A stretch of DNA of 64,000 nt from Octopus sinensis (taxonomy: Eukaryota), in NCBI RefSeq assembly GCF_006345805.1, contig NC_043004.1:22940001-23004000 (forward strand), given 5' to 3'. A program made the translations under genes and the position numbers. A model generated the notes under the pieces. That model did not search any database and was not told where the DNA came from. It was given only the letters and a program-made list of their open reading frames with translations. Shown piece after piece: positions 39,014 through 53,330 of the stretch (the first letter of the stretch is position 1; each line of letters begins with the position of its first letter).

Positions 39014-39116
39014 GGGTTTACGAAGACAGTGGGTGTACAAAACAAACAGATGTATTAGTATAACGCTCAGGAATAGAAAAAGTATTTTACGTTCGAGTTT
39101 CGAGCATACTATATAT

Positions 39117-39155
<39 letters not shown>

Positions 39156-39225
39156 ATATATAGATAGATAGATAGACGATAGAAAGATAGATAGATAGAT
39201 AGAAGATAGATAGATAGATAGATAG

Positions 39226-39281
<56 letters not shown>

Positions 39282-40814
39282 AAGATATGTTATACAGATG
39301 AAATAAATCCAAGTGTACGTTACCTTGGATATCGTTTGAATCAACTTGTTGTTATGCTCAACAAATGTATCCAGTCCTTCATAGTTGTGTATGGCTTATA
39401 AACACAGTCGTTATGTTGTGTGTATACAGATGTAGCTCTTGATCGAAATAATACGACGGCAAATTACAGGATATAGAACTCTGCACATTAGGAATTTCCA
39501 CAGAGATTCAGAAAGCATAACGTAAATATTTAAACAATTTACGTGTATTGAAATGCATATCACGTCTCACAGTTTTGTTTCTGCTTTAAAATCTACAATG
39601 TTGATGATTTTGTATTTAGATATCATATAAATAACTTTCCTGGAGCCGAAACGAAAATAATTTAATGCCTGTTTGTCTGCATGTATGCCTATATACATAG
39701 AAAATTAGGCAGTTGCACTGGTGACCGCGAGATTGTGGTTTCAGTTGCTGGTGCGTTGTGTTCTAGAACAAAATACTTCCAACTCACGTTGCACTGTGAC
39801 CATTTCGATGTCTGCAGTGTGGCACACCGGCACGTGCAGAGGAGATATTGATTTGATGGAGGAAGTGAGATAATATCCAGCACGTACATTTGACTTTTAT
39901 AGACAAATTATCTGTGCTCGTTGCACAGCAAGTAATTACGGAACCATTATGTGTCACCTACGATAGGTGAGTCCACGACATATGGACATATCGTTAATGG
40001 TACTCTGTGTGTGTGTTTGCGAATGTGTGAGTCGTGTTTTCGTCAGTATGGGGAGAGAAATCTGAAAGAACAAATAGAAGGAACTTTTTTGTAAGAAGTT
40101 CTATTCTATAAAATCCTACTGTACGTTAGTAATGAAAGCAGATGAAATAAAATTTCATCTCTCTTGAAATGTTCTTCATTTTTTTAGGTACAGGAATCGA
40201 AATAACACATGGTGATGTGCCTAATGACATTTTCCGTGTGTAATCATGTTAATTTTATCTCAATATTAGCTAATTGAACTATTGGTTAATTATATTTACT
40301 TCTAATCACCTCAAAATTAGACAGAACAGTTAAAGAAAGACAAACAACTTTTTTAATTAGAAATTAAGATTTTCTCGATATTTCCAAAAGAATTTCTTCC
40401 AACAACATTTTCTTTTATTTTGAAATGTATTAAAATGTATTCATTGAGGAAAATTCGGTTATTTTATAGGTAAGAGTTTCTGTCAATTATTTTATGTAAC
40501 AAATTATCACGTTTTATGCACGTATTCTAGCATCCGAATAAGCCACAGGGAGTTTGCGCACAGATGACGGTAAAAAATGTCGTTGTCCAAATGACTGTCA
40601 GACAGAACTCATATATTTTATATATTTCTACGTTGCTATTGTTGTATGTGTAAGTAAACGAGTTACGGTGCTTGAGTAGATGAATATGCACGCGCGATTT
40701 TAGTGAAGTATGTATATATGTGTGTTTGTCTGTGCGTTTGTATAGATAGATATATAAATGTACATATACGTATCTTTGTGCATATATATACACACACATA
40801 TATATATATATATA

Positions 40815-40847
<33 letters not shown>

Positions 40848-41830
40848 GTGTGTGTGTGTGTATATGTACATATATATATATACATATACAGGTATATATA
40901 CATATATATATATGTATATGTACATACATATATATATATATATGAATGTGGATATACATATACATATATACATACATATATGTATATGTACATATATATA
41001 TATATATATATATAATATATGTGCATATACATATATATATATATATATACATATATCTATGTACATCTACATTATATATATATACACTAAATATGTATAT
41101 CTGTGTGTTAGTGTGTATGTATGTGCGTATATATATACCTATAGTTACTTTGAGACTGCAATTGACATTGGTAATTGAATTTTATATGAAGTCATTAATC
41201 ATAGTATTACGCCTTCCAGCGTTTTTGATGAATTCAAATAATTAAAGCATAGATAATTAACATCGGTGAAAGGAAACAAAAAAATAATATTGTTATAAAT
41301 TAAATGTTCTTAGTGTTATTGGTTTTAATTAACGAAAGGATTGTAAAGTTCTAGAAATTTGACATTAAATCGGATTCTATATCGATGAATTTGAATGACT
41401 GAGTGGATCAGCTTCCGAGCTGTTTACCCCTCAGGGAATACCATGAACTACTCACACTTCGTAAACAGTCATTCGTCATCGTTAATTAATAAATCGTTTT
41501 TTAAAATCTATTGTCTTTCCTCGGAATTCTTAATCTTTGTGATTATATTTATTTGAACTATCAATCACAGTAATGATTGCAAATGTCGAAATGCGGAAGT
41601 AACGAAGTTAAAACCAATCCATTTCACAGATGTATAAGAAATTCTACTAAATTCTACCAACTTCTAAATTCGGCAAATATCTTGCATATGATATTTGTAA
41701 ATAGCACGAGCATCTTTAAGTATAGATATATATTATTTCTCTCATTCTTCGTCTCTCATTCGCTCTCCATATCTCTCTCTCTCTCTTCCACTCAAACTTT
41801 CCGCATATATATATTTTGTGAATATATATA

Positions 41831-41871
<41 letters not shown>

Positions 41872-42250
41872 CATTATATATATATATATATATTATATAT
41901 ATAATATATATATCCATCATATATATATATATACATATTTATATACATATATATTATAACATATACGACATATATATATATATACTATATATATATATAT
42001 AATATACATACAGGTATATATATATACAATACATATATATATATACATATATATATAATATATATATGTATATAGTATATATTATATATGGTATATATAT
42101 ATACATATATATATATTATGTATATATATAATATGGATGTTATATATATACATATATATGTATATATATATATATATAATATATATATACTATAATATGT
42201 TAATATATATATATATACATATATATATATATTATAATATTATAATATAT

Positions 42251-42288
<38 letters not shown>

Positions 42289-43004
42289 AGAGCGAGAGTC
42301 AGAGAAAGAAAGAGAGAGACAGACAGAGAAATTTTCATATATGTATAATTCTAATTTACCAGAAACAAATGACGAAGAATGGTGCGGGAGGAACAAGATC
42401 GTGTATCAGTTTGACACTTAGATAGTATGGAAAATCTCCGACATAAATTATTCAGAGGCAAGAAATGTAGGGAAAACGAAAACGTACGGAGAGAGAGGAA
42501 AATGTGTGGGGATTAACGATTCAACATGATGAAATGACCGGAGAAAGATGCTGAATGAAAGGAGCTAATAAGTATGACCTGGCTAAACTAGCGTACGCAA
42601 ACGCGTTTCTGCATTTGAGAATGGTGTATTTGAGTGGGTAAATGTGAATGGGGGCGAGACCATGCCAAATATGTGAGGGAGAGCTTAAAATTTTGTGGGC
42701 CGGTGTGCCCGTATGGCAACGTGACTCTGTATGTGTATAAGTAACTTAGTGCGTGCATATTATGGAGTGAAGTGCGTTTCGTGTACTTTTTTTATGTACG
42801 TATACGTATATACGTGTGCAGAATATGGTTTGTGTGGCGTGAGTACTGTCAGTTGCTGAGTGCCAGTGTGTGTGGAGTGGGAACATGATTATGAATGTGT
42901 TCGTAAAGGTGTATGGTGTAAGTAGAGTTGATCAAGTGATTAATATATATATATATAATATATATATATATATATAGATATACACATATATATGTGTATG
43001 TATG

Positions 43005-43043
<39 letters not shown>

Positions 43044-44352
43044 TCGTCTACAAATACAATATTGCTTGATGAAATGAAACAATGATGATGGCCAGCTAGA
43101 TGCCCATGGATACTAAGAAATGTACTGCACTCATCACAAGGATACGGACGCTGATGTTAAAGTCATGTGATTTGTGGAAAAGCGCGTAGCGATGTAGTAA
43201 ACATTTATAAATTCCATCCTAGAATTGTTATTATTAATAGACGGCAGCAGACATAATGAAATAGGAGCTTTATTTGCATAAATTTAATGTAACCATAAAC
43301 GAACTTTAAAAGATATATATTATATATATATGTGTGCAATGTGTGTATATATTAGATTTTTCAACTTTACATATTTTGATTTTCAAAAATTGTTGTTTTT
43401 TTTATAAAGTGTACGTGGCTCGGATAAGTATCTGTTTAGGATAGTTCTAATTAGTCGAGTCTGATCACCTGATCAGATTCAGAAATTTTTGTAAGTTTAC
43501 AGCTCCGCCCGTTCATTAAAGTCATGTGACAGTGTTTGGCGCCGTTAGTTACAGCTGTCACGCTTGAATGAATATGTGTGGTGACCATCCCTGGCAACCA
43601 ACGGTGCCTGAATTTAACCTGCCAAACGTACTTAACGAAGGTCGCACGATTAGTCATCTTTGAAATTTTTGTATGATCGCCCCTACATTCGTACGTTAAT
43701 ACGTCTTCCCAATTTACCGTTGTTCAGTTAAAACCACAGTCCATGCACGGATAAGCAAAACAATATATATTCATAGACAAGTACAAACGAAGACTGAATA
43801 AGCTTTAACAAACTACATTCAGGAACATCTATTAACACTCAAACTCATTCTACTGCTTCACATGCTGAAGTTACACAGCTAAAAACCTAAATGTTTTATC
43901 TTAACTTTTGATAATCAGAAAAATCTATGAAACCAGTTAAGTCATTAAAAATTCAAAACTAAATAAATATAAACGAATCATTGTGCATTTTCAACTTCTT
44001 TTACATATAAAATGCAGTGTTAGATAACAAACCGATTATTTAACTTTACGCTAATTAGCGTTAAACGATATTGAATAGAATATATTATATATATATATAT
44101 ATATATATTGACAATGTTGTCTTTTTTTTGGCATATTTGGCATTAGGATTTTTCTTTTGCCCTTATTTTATAAGTTATTTATGAATTCAACCTTTAAAGG
44201 TATTTTTTAATATGCTGGCCATTGATAAATTTTTTTTCGAAAACAATTTTATCCTGCATATATATTTATATATATATATATATATATATATAATAATTAT
44301 ATATATATATATATATATATATCTATATATATATATATATATGTATATATAT

Positions 44353-44392
<40 letters not shown>

Positions 44393-44419
44393 ATATATAC
44401 ATATTTATTAATAGTTATG

Positions 44420-45265
44420 CTTTATGCTATCAGCATCCAAACTAAATGCAATACCCAATAAATACACTGGACCTGGAGGGATTGCAATCCCAGAGGCACA
44501 ATCAGTGCGAGACATGGGTATTACATGAGTGATGATGCACCTTTCATGTGCATGTTGCTAAATTGGCAATGAAATGTAGGCGGCTGACGGATGGATTCTT
44601 AGAACCTTAGAACAAGAGACCAGGAAACCATGATGGTCCTCTGGAGGACACTTGTCCTAAGCCGCTTTGACTATTGCTCTCAGCTATGGTCACCATCCAG
44701 TGTCAAGTTAATCACAGAACTTGGGGCGATCCAACGAAGCTACACGAAGAAGATAGCCTCTGTGCAGCATATAAGCTACTGGGAAAGACTCAAGAGATTA
44801 AGACTCTATTCCTTAGAGCGTAGGCGAGAAAGATATGCCATAATATAGATCTGGAAGATTCTAGAAGGACTTGTCCCAAACTTTGGCATCGAGAGTTACA
44901 CAAATGCCAGAACTGGGCGCCACTGCATAGTGCCAAGGACTCCAAATTTGCCATCACGATGTAGGACAAGATACTGTGATAGCCTGGGCTTCAGAGGCCC
45001 ACAGCTCTTCAATATCCTCCCGAAGAACCTGAGAGACCTGCATGGGGTGGATGCAGATGTCTTTAAAATAAAACTGGATCTCTTCTTGGCAGGCGTCCCA
45101 GATGAACCAACTTCACGGCAGGAGGTGCAGATGAGGGCAGCTGCATCGAACTCTCTCATGCACCAAATGGCAATTGCTAAAAAGCATTCGTGAAGTAAAA
45201 TCATGTAGCAACACCAAATGGCGGTGCCCCAGCATGGCCACAGCTTGTGAGCTGAAACTAGATAA
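44420..45265 (+). mobile_element. CR1/L2-type LINE 3' fragment (best preserved of three)
   Basis: LWRTLVLSRFDYCSQLWSP...ERLKRLRLYSLERRRERYAII, then CDSLGFRGPQLFNILPKNLRDL...KLDLFLAGVPDEP; ends gagctgaaactaga. Confidence 0.9.
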
Positions 45266-45534
45266 GGATAAAGTTATCCGCAAGTTATCATGGTAGTCCA
45301 GAGAAATAGGACGAATGCTGCCGTTTTTAGACTGCCATTGTAGCTTGGCGATAGCTATTAATATCCAGTACCGCTGGAGAGACTTAGAAATATTAATATT
45401 TATATATATATATATATATATATATACAAACAAACAGACATACAGACAGACAGATAGAGAGAGAGAGAGAGATGTGCATACACTCTTCCCTGGCAAAAGC
45501 GTAAAAGGCATTCATATCTTTTTCAAGAAAAATA

Positions 45535-45579
<45 letters not shown>

Positions 45580-45821
45580 ACTATCTATCTATCTATCTAT
45601 CTATCTCTATCTCTCTCTCCCTATATATATATATATATATATATATGCAGAAATGTTTCTCTGGCAAAAGCATAAAAAACATTCATATATGTTTCAATTA
45701 AAAAAGGAATGGCTTAAGAACCCAAATTTTAACAAAATTCTATATAGTTCCTGCGACTAAAGATAAATAATGAGTAACAGTTTATGTATCGGTATCTGTT
45801 TCCCTATGAATTATATGATAG

Positions 45822-45855
<34 letters not shown>

Positions 45856-46322
45856 GTGTGTCAGTATGTATGTGTGTATTTATGCGTGAGGAAACCAAAC
45901 TAATGTATATATGTGTGTTTGTGCGGGGGATGTTCAGACTAAGTGGTATTGCACTGATGATTAATGACAATAATCTATAGGTAAATCAGCGAATGGTGGA
46001 AGGTTGTCGGTAGACTTTAATAAATGTGAAAAATCTGACCAAAATTCTTATTTATATTTTTGTACTTCTTTCAAATTTTCCTTCAAATAAACAATAAATG
46101 TTCTTTAAATAAATGTTTTTAAAACTAACATAAGTATTTATTATCCTTTAAAAATCAACTGCGGTATGTAAAATAAATTACTATCTATAAAACAACGTGC
46201 ATAAGTTATAAATAGTGGATTACACTCTACTCGATATATATCTGATATGTTGTGCACTGTGTACGTTAACTAATGGCAGACAAATTGTAAATGGTGTATA
46301 TATATATGTATATCTATACGTC

Positions 46323-46371
<49 letters not shown>

Positions 46372-46538
46372 TAGAAGAAATGAGGTACACAGAAATTCGG
46401 ATGGTTTTATATTTACAGATATTTATTTGTATATTACATGTTTTTATACATCATATAACTTATATCATATTTCATATTTAGCGCTTTCGTCCATTCTGGT
46501 GGATTTTTCAAATGAAAGTAAGTGCCTGTGGAAAAATT

Positions 46539-46961
46539 TTGACCATTTTATAGTGTTATTGAGTGTGTAGTGGTGGGGAGGGATAGAGAATAGCACAAGA
46601 GGGTGAAGAAGGGGGGGAAAGTGAGAGAGAGAGCATGTGTGTTGCGTGTGTGTGTGCGTGTGCTTTTATATCTGAAAATAGTGTTAGAGAAAAAGAAGGG
46701 AAGGAAGAAAAGGGAGAGAGGGAAGAAGAAAAAATTGTTTTGCTGCTTTCTTTTGTCGTTGGTCAGGATGTTTACTCCAAGGGGGGGGGTCTAAGATCTT
46801 AGGGAAAAGGTTTGACCATTTTAGAGTGTTATTGAGTGTGTAGTGGTGTGGAGGGATATAAGATAGTACAAGAGGGTGATGAATGGGGAGAAAGTGAGAG
46901 AGAGCGTGTGTGTGTGTGTGTGTGTTTGTATCTGAGAAAAAGAAGGGAAGGAAGAAAAGGG
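46539..46961. repeat. Diverged tandem duplication with about 273-bp period
   Basis: ttgaccatttta.agtgttattgagtgtgtagtggtg starts at 46539 and 46812; both units end gagaaaaagaagggaaggaagaaaaggg. Confidence 0.85.
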
Positions 46962-47074
46962 TCAGAAAGAAAACAATAAATTATATTTCCTTTTTAATAA
47001 TTCTGACATCTCATTTTAACAAATATATTTGCCAAAATTACATTAAAATATTTAGAAATACTAAAGAGTAAATT

Positions 47075-47817
47075 TATTCAATAAAATCGTCATTGGCTTC
47101 AAGCACGGCCTCCAGACAACTTCAGAATCTTTGCAACTCTTCTAACCGGTCTCCTTGTCTAAGTTGGTGAATGCAGCCATACTCCTTGCCTTCAGTTCGT
47201 CTTTGGTGTTACAAGGAGTTTTGTTGGTCTTTCGTTCAACAGAGTCCCTCACGTAATAATCAATGGGTTTGAAGTCTAAGGCGTTAGGTAGCCGGATGTT
47301 AGGGGTGATGTGGTCGCAGAAATTAAAAACCTTGAGTGGGCTATCCTGCTTGTGTGGCTTGGTGCAGAATGCTGTTGCCAGACACAGGGTGTTCCAGCAG
47401 CAACCTTTTTCACTAACTTCTATAGGCACTTGGTGTGGGTCTCTGTGTTGAGTATCAGGGAAGAAAAATGGAGGCATAACGTTGCCATCACTAGTGATCA
47501 CTCGAAACATATACTGTTGGCTGAATGTTTGATTTTTATCACTTTCTTTACATGTCCCCAGATTGCATTGTGCTCAGGTTGACACGCAAACACTCAGAAA
47601 TGTTCTTATTGGAATTACTGGTGCTAATACTAAACAGCACGGCATGTCGTTTCCAAATTTCTGGCAAAGTTAATTGCGTCATGTTACTCTTTTTCTCATA
47701 GATGGTGTCCAACTGACCCTAATATACTGTGTAGTCGACAGAATCAAAAATAATTTATGCATATGCGTGAAAATCAAAAATATGAAATGGCGACAACTTA
47801 TCCATTGCACCCCGTAT

Positions 47818-47820
<3 letters not shown>
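47075..47820 (-). mobile_element. Tc1/mariner-superfamily transposon, internally deleted
   Basis: VITSDGNVMPPFFFP...NFCDHITPNIRLPNALDFKPIDYYVRDSVERKTNKTPCNTKDELKAR is a decayed WPPNSPD.NP.DY.VW region; TIR-like tacggggtgcaatggataa at about 47800-47819. Confidence 0.85.
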
Positions 47821-47856
<36 letters not shown>

Positions 47857-47863
47857 ATATATA

Positions 47864-48130
47864 CAATTGCAGCGTGGAAGGTGTTTATAAGCCATTTAAG
47901 AAACACACAAAAACGTTAAATTGTCTTCAACATTCAAATTTAATTTGTCAAAATATTTTCGTCGCTTTGAAACCGCGACCTGTTCACTGCCAAAATTCCG
48001 TGCTGCATCTGGGAATTTTGTCGGAAAGCGACGAAAATATTTTGACAAATTAAATTTAAATGTTGAAGTGAATCTAACGGTTTTTGTGTGTTTCTTAAAT
48101 GGCTTATAAAAACCTTCCACGCTGCAATTG
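47864..48130. mobile_element. MITE/foldback with about 105-bp inverted arms and a 56-bp core
   Basis: caattgcagcgtggaagg...cgtcgcttt (47864-47968) versus aaagcgacg...ccttccacgctgcaattg (48025-48130). Confidence 0.85.
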
Positions 48131-48355
48131 TTTTCGTTCGAGCACACGATCTCAGATCAGGTCACTTGCTATGCATGTACATCGCCGTACATACACACAC
48201 ACCACACACACACCACACACACCACACACCACACACACAACACACATATATAATATATATATATATATTATATATATATACAGACACATACATATATGCC
48301 ATACGCATATATATATATATATATATATACATATAGAGAGAGAAACATACATGCG

Positions 48356-48404
<49 letters not shown>

Positions 48405-48509
48405 CATCTGTACATTTTGGGTCGTCGATTACTAAATCGGCAATCCCATTAAGCTTGCTTGGTACAGCGGGTATGTGTTGGACATTCTGAAGGCCGAAAA
48501 GTAAATCCA

Positions 48510-48805
48510 GTCAAAGGGTGAAAGCCCTCATTGGCAGTCAATGGCCATCCAAGTATATGTGTGCATGTGTATGTATGCATGTATGTATGCGCGGGTACGT
48601 GGAAATAACTGGGTTGGTGTCCATTTGCACGTTTGACCCACTGGGAGTGGGAGACCCAACTGCTGTCCTCACGTCTCCCTAGGAGAGGGAATCTCTGAGA
48701 GAAAACTTGCGACACTAGCAATATTCGTCGATGTAGAGTAGTTCTTTTCGAGCTTATGTTGTCCTTGTTCATAGTGTGATTGGATTTTGTACAGATCCTT
48801 ACCAT
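48510..48805 (-). repeat. Unclassified dispersed repeat, homologous to 28997-29237
   Basis: The reverse complement aligns with the 29 kb copy, with an extra internal segment of about 40 bp. Confidence 0.7.
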
Positions 48806-48889
48806 GCACAGGCATCGCTTGAAAAAAATTAAGACCTATCACATAAATCGTTGGTCATAACCTTCGTATGAGTTTTCAGCCATCAGCTA

Positions 48890-48974
<85 letters not shown>

Positions 48975-49146
48975 TATATATAATAATATCTATATATATA
49001 TATTATATATATATATATAATATATATATATACTATATATATATATATATATTATATATATAATATAATTAATATATATAATATATATGGTATTCTATAT
49101 ATATAATGTATATATATATATATATATTATATATATATATATATTA

Positions 49147-49198
<52 letters not shown>

Positions 49199-49614
49199 GT
49201 ATATATATTATATATCTATATATATATATATGTATATATATATAAGCGTAATAGTAATCATGCTTGCAGATGGAACTAAAATGACAAATGGTGTGAGAAT
49301 AAGAGTGAGAGATACAAATGACGGTGATCTGTACGGGGGAGCTTAACTATTTCAAGCACCAGGTATATTTTTAACAAAAGAAAACAGCACATTTTCTATT
49401 AAGATTTTACTCATTTCATATGTATATCTGTATGTGCGTGTGTGCATGAATGATGTACACATCTATCTATCTATCTATATATATACAATAAAAATGGTAA
49501 ATAATTTTTCAGTGGTTTTTCATACAACCAACAATTATTTACCGGTAAATTTCGGTATGTAAATATGACGATTTCAGCGTCAGGAACTTCTGTAAAGTTC
49601 AGTATATAGTAAAA

Positions 49615-50075
49615 ATAATTAAAAGGGCGGGAAACAGGCTGCTTCGCCGCATACCGAAGGAATTAGAAATGGCAGTCAAATACTGTTTTTTCCATTTTCT
49701 ATAAGTGGAGGTTCCATATACGACAAACCCTGCGATTCACATACGCAAAATCGGAGTAGCAAATAAACGAAAACAATCTCTTACCGTTAATGATGAACAT
49801 GTTTCTAGATCACAAGCTAGAAATTACTTGATTTCCTTCGTCAACATCATATTCGATAGATTTACCAAATGCCACAACCCTTCACCTCTGACCAAGCGCC
49901 ATCAGATAGTGGGGGAAGCTGTGCAGATGTTAAAACTAAGTAATGACTGGAATCGTAAATTTTCCCTCCAAAATTCTGCTATGCGCGCCAGAAAATGGAA
50001 AAAACAGTCTTTGACTGCCATTTCTAATTCCTTCGATGTGCGGCGAAGCAGCCTGTTGCCCGCCCTTTTAATTAT
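49615..50075. mobile_element. MITE with 86-bp TIRs
   Basis: ataattaaaagggcgggaaacaggctgcttcgccgc...ccattttct (49615-49700) versus agaaaatgg...gcggcgaagcagcctgttgcccgcccttttaattat (49990-50075). Confidence 0.85.
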
Positions 50076-50076
50076 C

Positions 50077-50109
<33 letters not shown>

Positions 50110-50110
50110 A

Positions 50111-50173
<63 letters not shown>

Positions 50174-50458
50174 GGCGCAGGAGTGGCTGTGTGGTAAGTA
50201 GCTTGCTAACCAACCACATGCTTCCGGGTTCAGTCCCACTGCGTGGCATCTTGGGCAAGTGTCTTCAGCTATAGCCCCGGGCAGACCAATACCTTGTGAG
50301 TGGATTTGGTAGACGGAAACTGAAAGAAGCCTGTCGTATATATCTATATATATATGTGTGTGTGTGTATGTCTGTGTTTGTCCCCCTAGCATTGCTTGAC
50401 AACCGATGCTGGTGTGTTTACGTCCCCGTCACTTAGCGGTTCGGCAAAAGAGACCGAT
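50174..50458 (+). mobile_element. tRNA-like SINE family A, copy 1
   Basis: ggcgcaggagtggctgtgtggtaag (A-box-like) ... gggttcagtccc (B-box-like); 3'-truncated at gaccgat. Confidence 0.85.
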
Positions 50459-50465
50459 ATATATA

Positions 50466-50508
<43 letters not shown>

Positions 50509-50510
<2 letters not shown>

Positions 50511-50793
50511 CGCAGGAGTGGCTGTGTGGTAAGTAGCTTGCTAACCAACCACATGCTTCCGGGTTCAGTCCCACTGCGTGGCATCTTGGGCAAGTGTCTT
50601 CAGCTATAGCCCCGGGCAGACCAATACCTTGTGAGTGGATTTGGTAGACGGAAACTGAAAGAAGCCTGTCGTATATATCTATATATATATGTGTGTGTGT
50701 GTATGTCTGTGTTTGTCCCCCTAGCATTGCTTGACAACCGATGCTGGTGTGTTTACGTCCCCGTCACTTAGCGGTTCGGCAAAAGAGACCGAT
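50509..50793 (+). mobile_element. tRNA-like SINE family A, copy 2 (identical tandem duplicate)
   Basis: No difference from copy 1 seen over 285 bp; same truncation point. Confidence 0.85.
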
Positions 50794-51599
50794 ATATATA
50801 TATATATATATCCCTATAGATATATAGATAGATAGATAGACAGAAAGAACGACAATGGTGTCCGACATAATGATGCCAAGGGGTGATACAAGTTACAGAG
50901 TGATTTGTGGTGTGGCATTAGGGAATTTCTTGGACGTCATGTACTGTTGGTATTTTTTATAAAATCATGCTGAAAAAATTTGTCTTAAAATTTATGAGAT
51001 AAATTTTCAAACGAAAAACAAATCAAGAATCGAAAACCAAGTACGCTAAATCGTGATGAAACTTAATACACGCGCGCGCGCACACACATACCTGCACACA
51101 TACACAAACAACCACAGATATAGGCGATGTATCTTGTGAAAGTGTGAATGATATATAGAGAAAAAATTGATATAGTAACAATTTATAGTATCAGATTTTA
51201 CTCTTTTTTCTTTCTTTTCCTCTGTTCACTTATTTATTTCTATATATTTGGAAAATAATTTAATAAAAAAATTAGCATAAAAGCTGCAAAAATTATGAAC
51301 ATTTTTTGAAGTAGTTTTTACGTCTTTAAAGGTAACGAGCAGACGCCATTCGAACTAATATCAAAACACGTTCCTGATCTTTTAGAAGAAAAAGTTTCGA
51401 ACAGAAGAAACTACTTCATTATTTCACATATTTAAGTTCAAATATTTGTGTGCCGATGAATACGTGTGTGTGCGCGCGAGCGTTTTTGTCTGTATTTGTG
51501 TATGTATTGCATGGAAGATAATATTTTCTAAAAAAGTGCTTTTGATTGTTCACATGCTTCGATATTGTGTATGCACCTATATACACTCTATGCTGACCA

Positions 51600-53330
51600 A
51601 TTGTCGTCACATGGAATCAGTACTTGAAAAAAGAAGATTAGCTAGAGACAAAGAGAAAACTAAGATCTAATTTCAGTCACGAACAATTAGAAGCTAAACG
51701 GAAAGCAGTTCGTGAGCGTCAGTTAAATGAATCGAATTAGCAAGAAAAGGAAGAAGAAAAACTTGAGTCAGAGACAGAGTAGCTCTCAGATGCCTAAGTA
51801 AAAGCGAAAAACAGCCAAACTCGAGCAGCGATGTAATGAGACACAGATAATACGAACAAATAAATCGTGAGCATGAAAACCAATGTGACAACAGAACGCA
51901 TATTGATGCAGAGCGCAGAGTGATCCACTTCAAATCAAAAACATGATACAGAAAGAGTATATAATTCAATATACAATGAAGAAAATTTTAAATAATATTA
52001 TTGTGGAGATATGGATATTCTGTATCAATTTAACATAGCCTGACATTTTGTATATGATGGCTACTACAATTACAGCTGTCATGGAGGACAATTACTTCCT
52101 TCTGTTCAAACAGAATTTCCAGAGATCTAGAAATGTCTAATGCGAGGCCCCAACACCCAATTGAAAGAAATATCAGATTGTATAACTCTGCATTTTCCGT
52201 TGCATTGATAGGTGAACACTTGGCCGAGCCTCCAGAAAGTGGTTTATATTACTCCAGAATTCATGGACAAGTGTACCATGGAATATTTCATACGCAACCT
52301 AAGGGTGCATATGATGGTCAACAAAGATATTCCGTTACTTCGTTCTTTCTTCAGAACTTCTTGAAGCAAGAGCAATGGATAACTGAAATAAAATGGGTGT
52401 AATTAAAATAGTAGTGACATTGGGTAGAAATACATGTAAAACCAATTTCTTATGCAGTAACTCGCATTAATGAAACTGAAAGAACATGAGCACCAAACGT
52501 TAAGTCCTTTTCCAGTAGAAATGTTTTTAACAGAGATCTCAATGCAATGTAGACAGGAGATATAGTTTACCAACTGTGAATGGAATTTCGGTTTTTTTGT
52601 TGTGTCTAGGGAGAGTCATTGCGCCAAAAGCGAAGTGAAATTTCCGTTTTTTAGCAAATCAGTTAGAAGGCCAGAATTCAAATAAAATTTACGGGTTTGT
52701 CCAAAATAGAGATTTACCGCCGATCTAACCATTTTGCGCTTGGTGACATATGCTTTATTTTTTCTTGTCGGTGAATCTGTATGGCAACCGATAAAGGATG
52801 GAAATATTCACAATAAACCATATATTCATAGAAGATATAACCCAACATGACAGCGTAAAGTTTTACTCACAGCAGTAATATAACGATTTCGACCCAATTC
52901 TTCATGTCGGTTTGGAAACGTCGAGTAATGTACAGAAACTCCTACCTAGAATTTAAAACTAGCAACCTGAATTTTATCGAAAAACATCAAAGATTGATAA
53001 TAGTAATTTATTGCAATTCAGCTTGATGTTGTAAAAGTTATTATACAAACATGCAAGTACGCTATCAAGAGGCGATGGTTATAGTACATTAATGTGGGGT
53101 ACATGATATTTTCATTAAATTTGAAATGTAATCCAAACTGGCCAGCAATTATGAATAACTTATTTCCTAGACAAACTCCTTCAGATAAACCAAATCTGTT
53201 GGCATATGGTTTCGACTGAAATTAAACAAGGTTTGCATGCATTTACAGAAGGATACATTCTCATTAGAGATGTAGTTCATTTGTAACATATTGGCGACAG
53301 GAGTATGCACGTATGATTCAGAACGGAACA
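51600..53330 (+). mobile_element. Decayed autonomous Helitron (RepHel N-terminal and Rep region)
   Basis: RNIRLYNSAFSVALIGEHLAEPPESGLYYSRIHGQVYH (like NIR.YNSAFAF.S.G.....G.Y.FRIHGQ.YH) and RYQEAMVIV..G..DIFI.F/CNPNWP....LFPRQTPSDKPNL/FRLKL (like YQDAMAI...G.PD.FITFTCNP.W...RPDL..RVF.LKL); many stops and frameshifts. Confidence 0.85.

Noticed and set aside
40189-40245. Possible next receptor exon after tttttAG (GTGIEITHGDVPNDIFRV*)
   Set aside because: Only faint resemblance to TG.V.ID..GDR..D, an in-frame stop follows and there is no convincing donor.
49270-49362. 93-nt segment bounded by ttgcAG and GTatat, close to the expected size of the next exon
   Set aside because: Stops in all three frames and no similarity to the receptor family; it could only be a poison or terminal exon, for which there is no evidence here.
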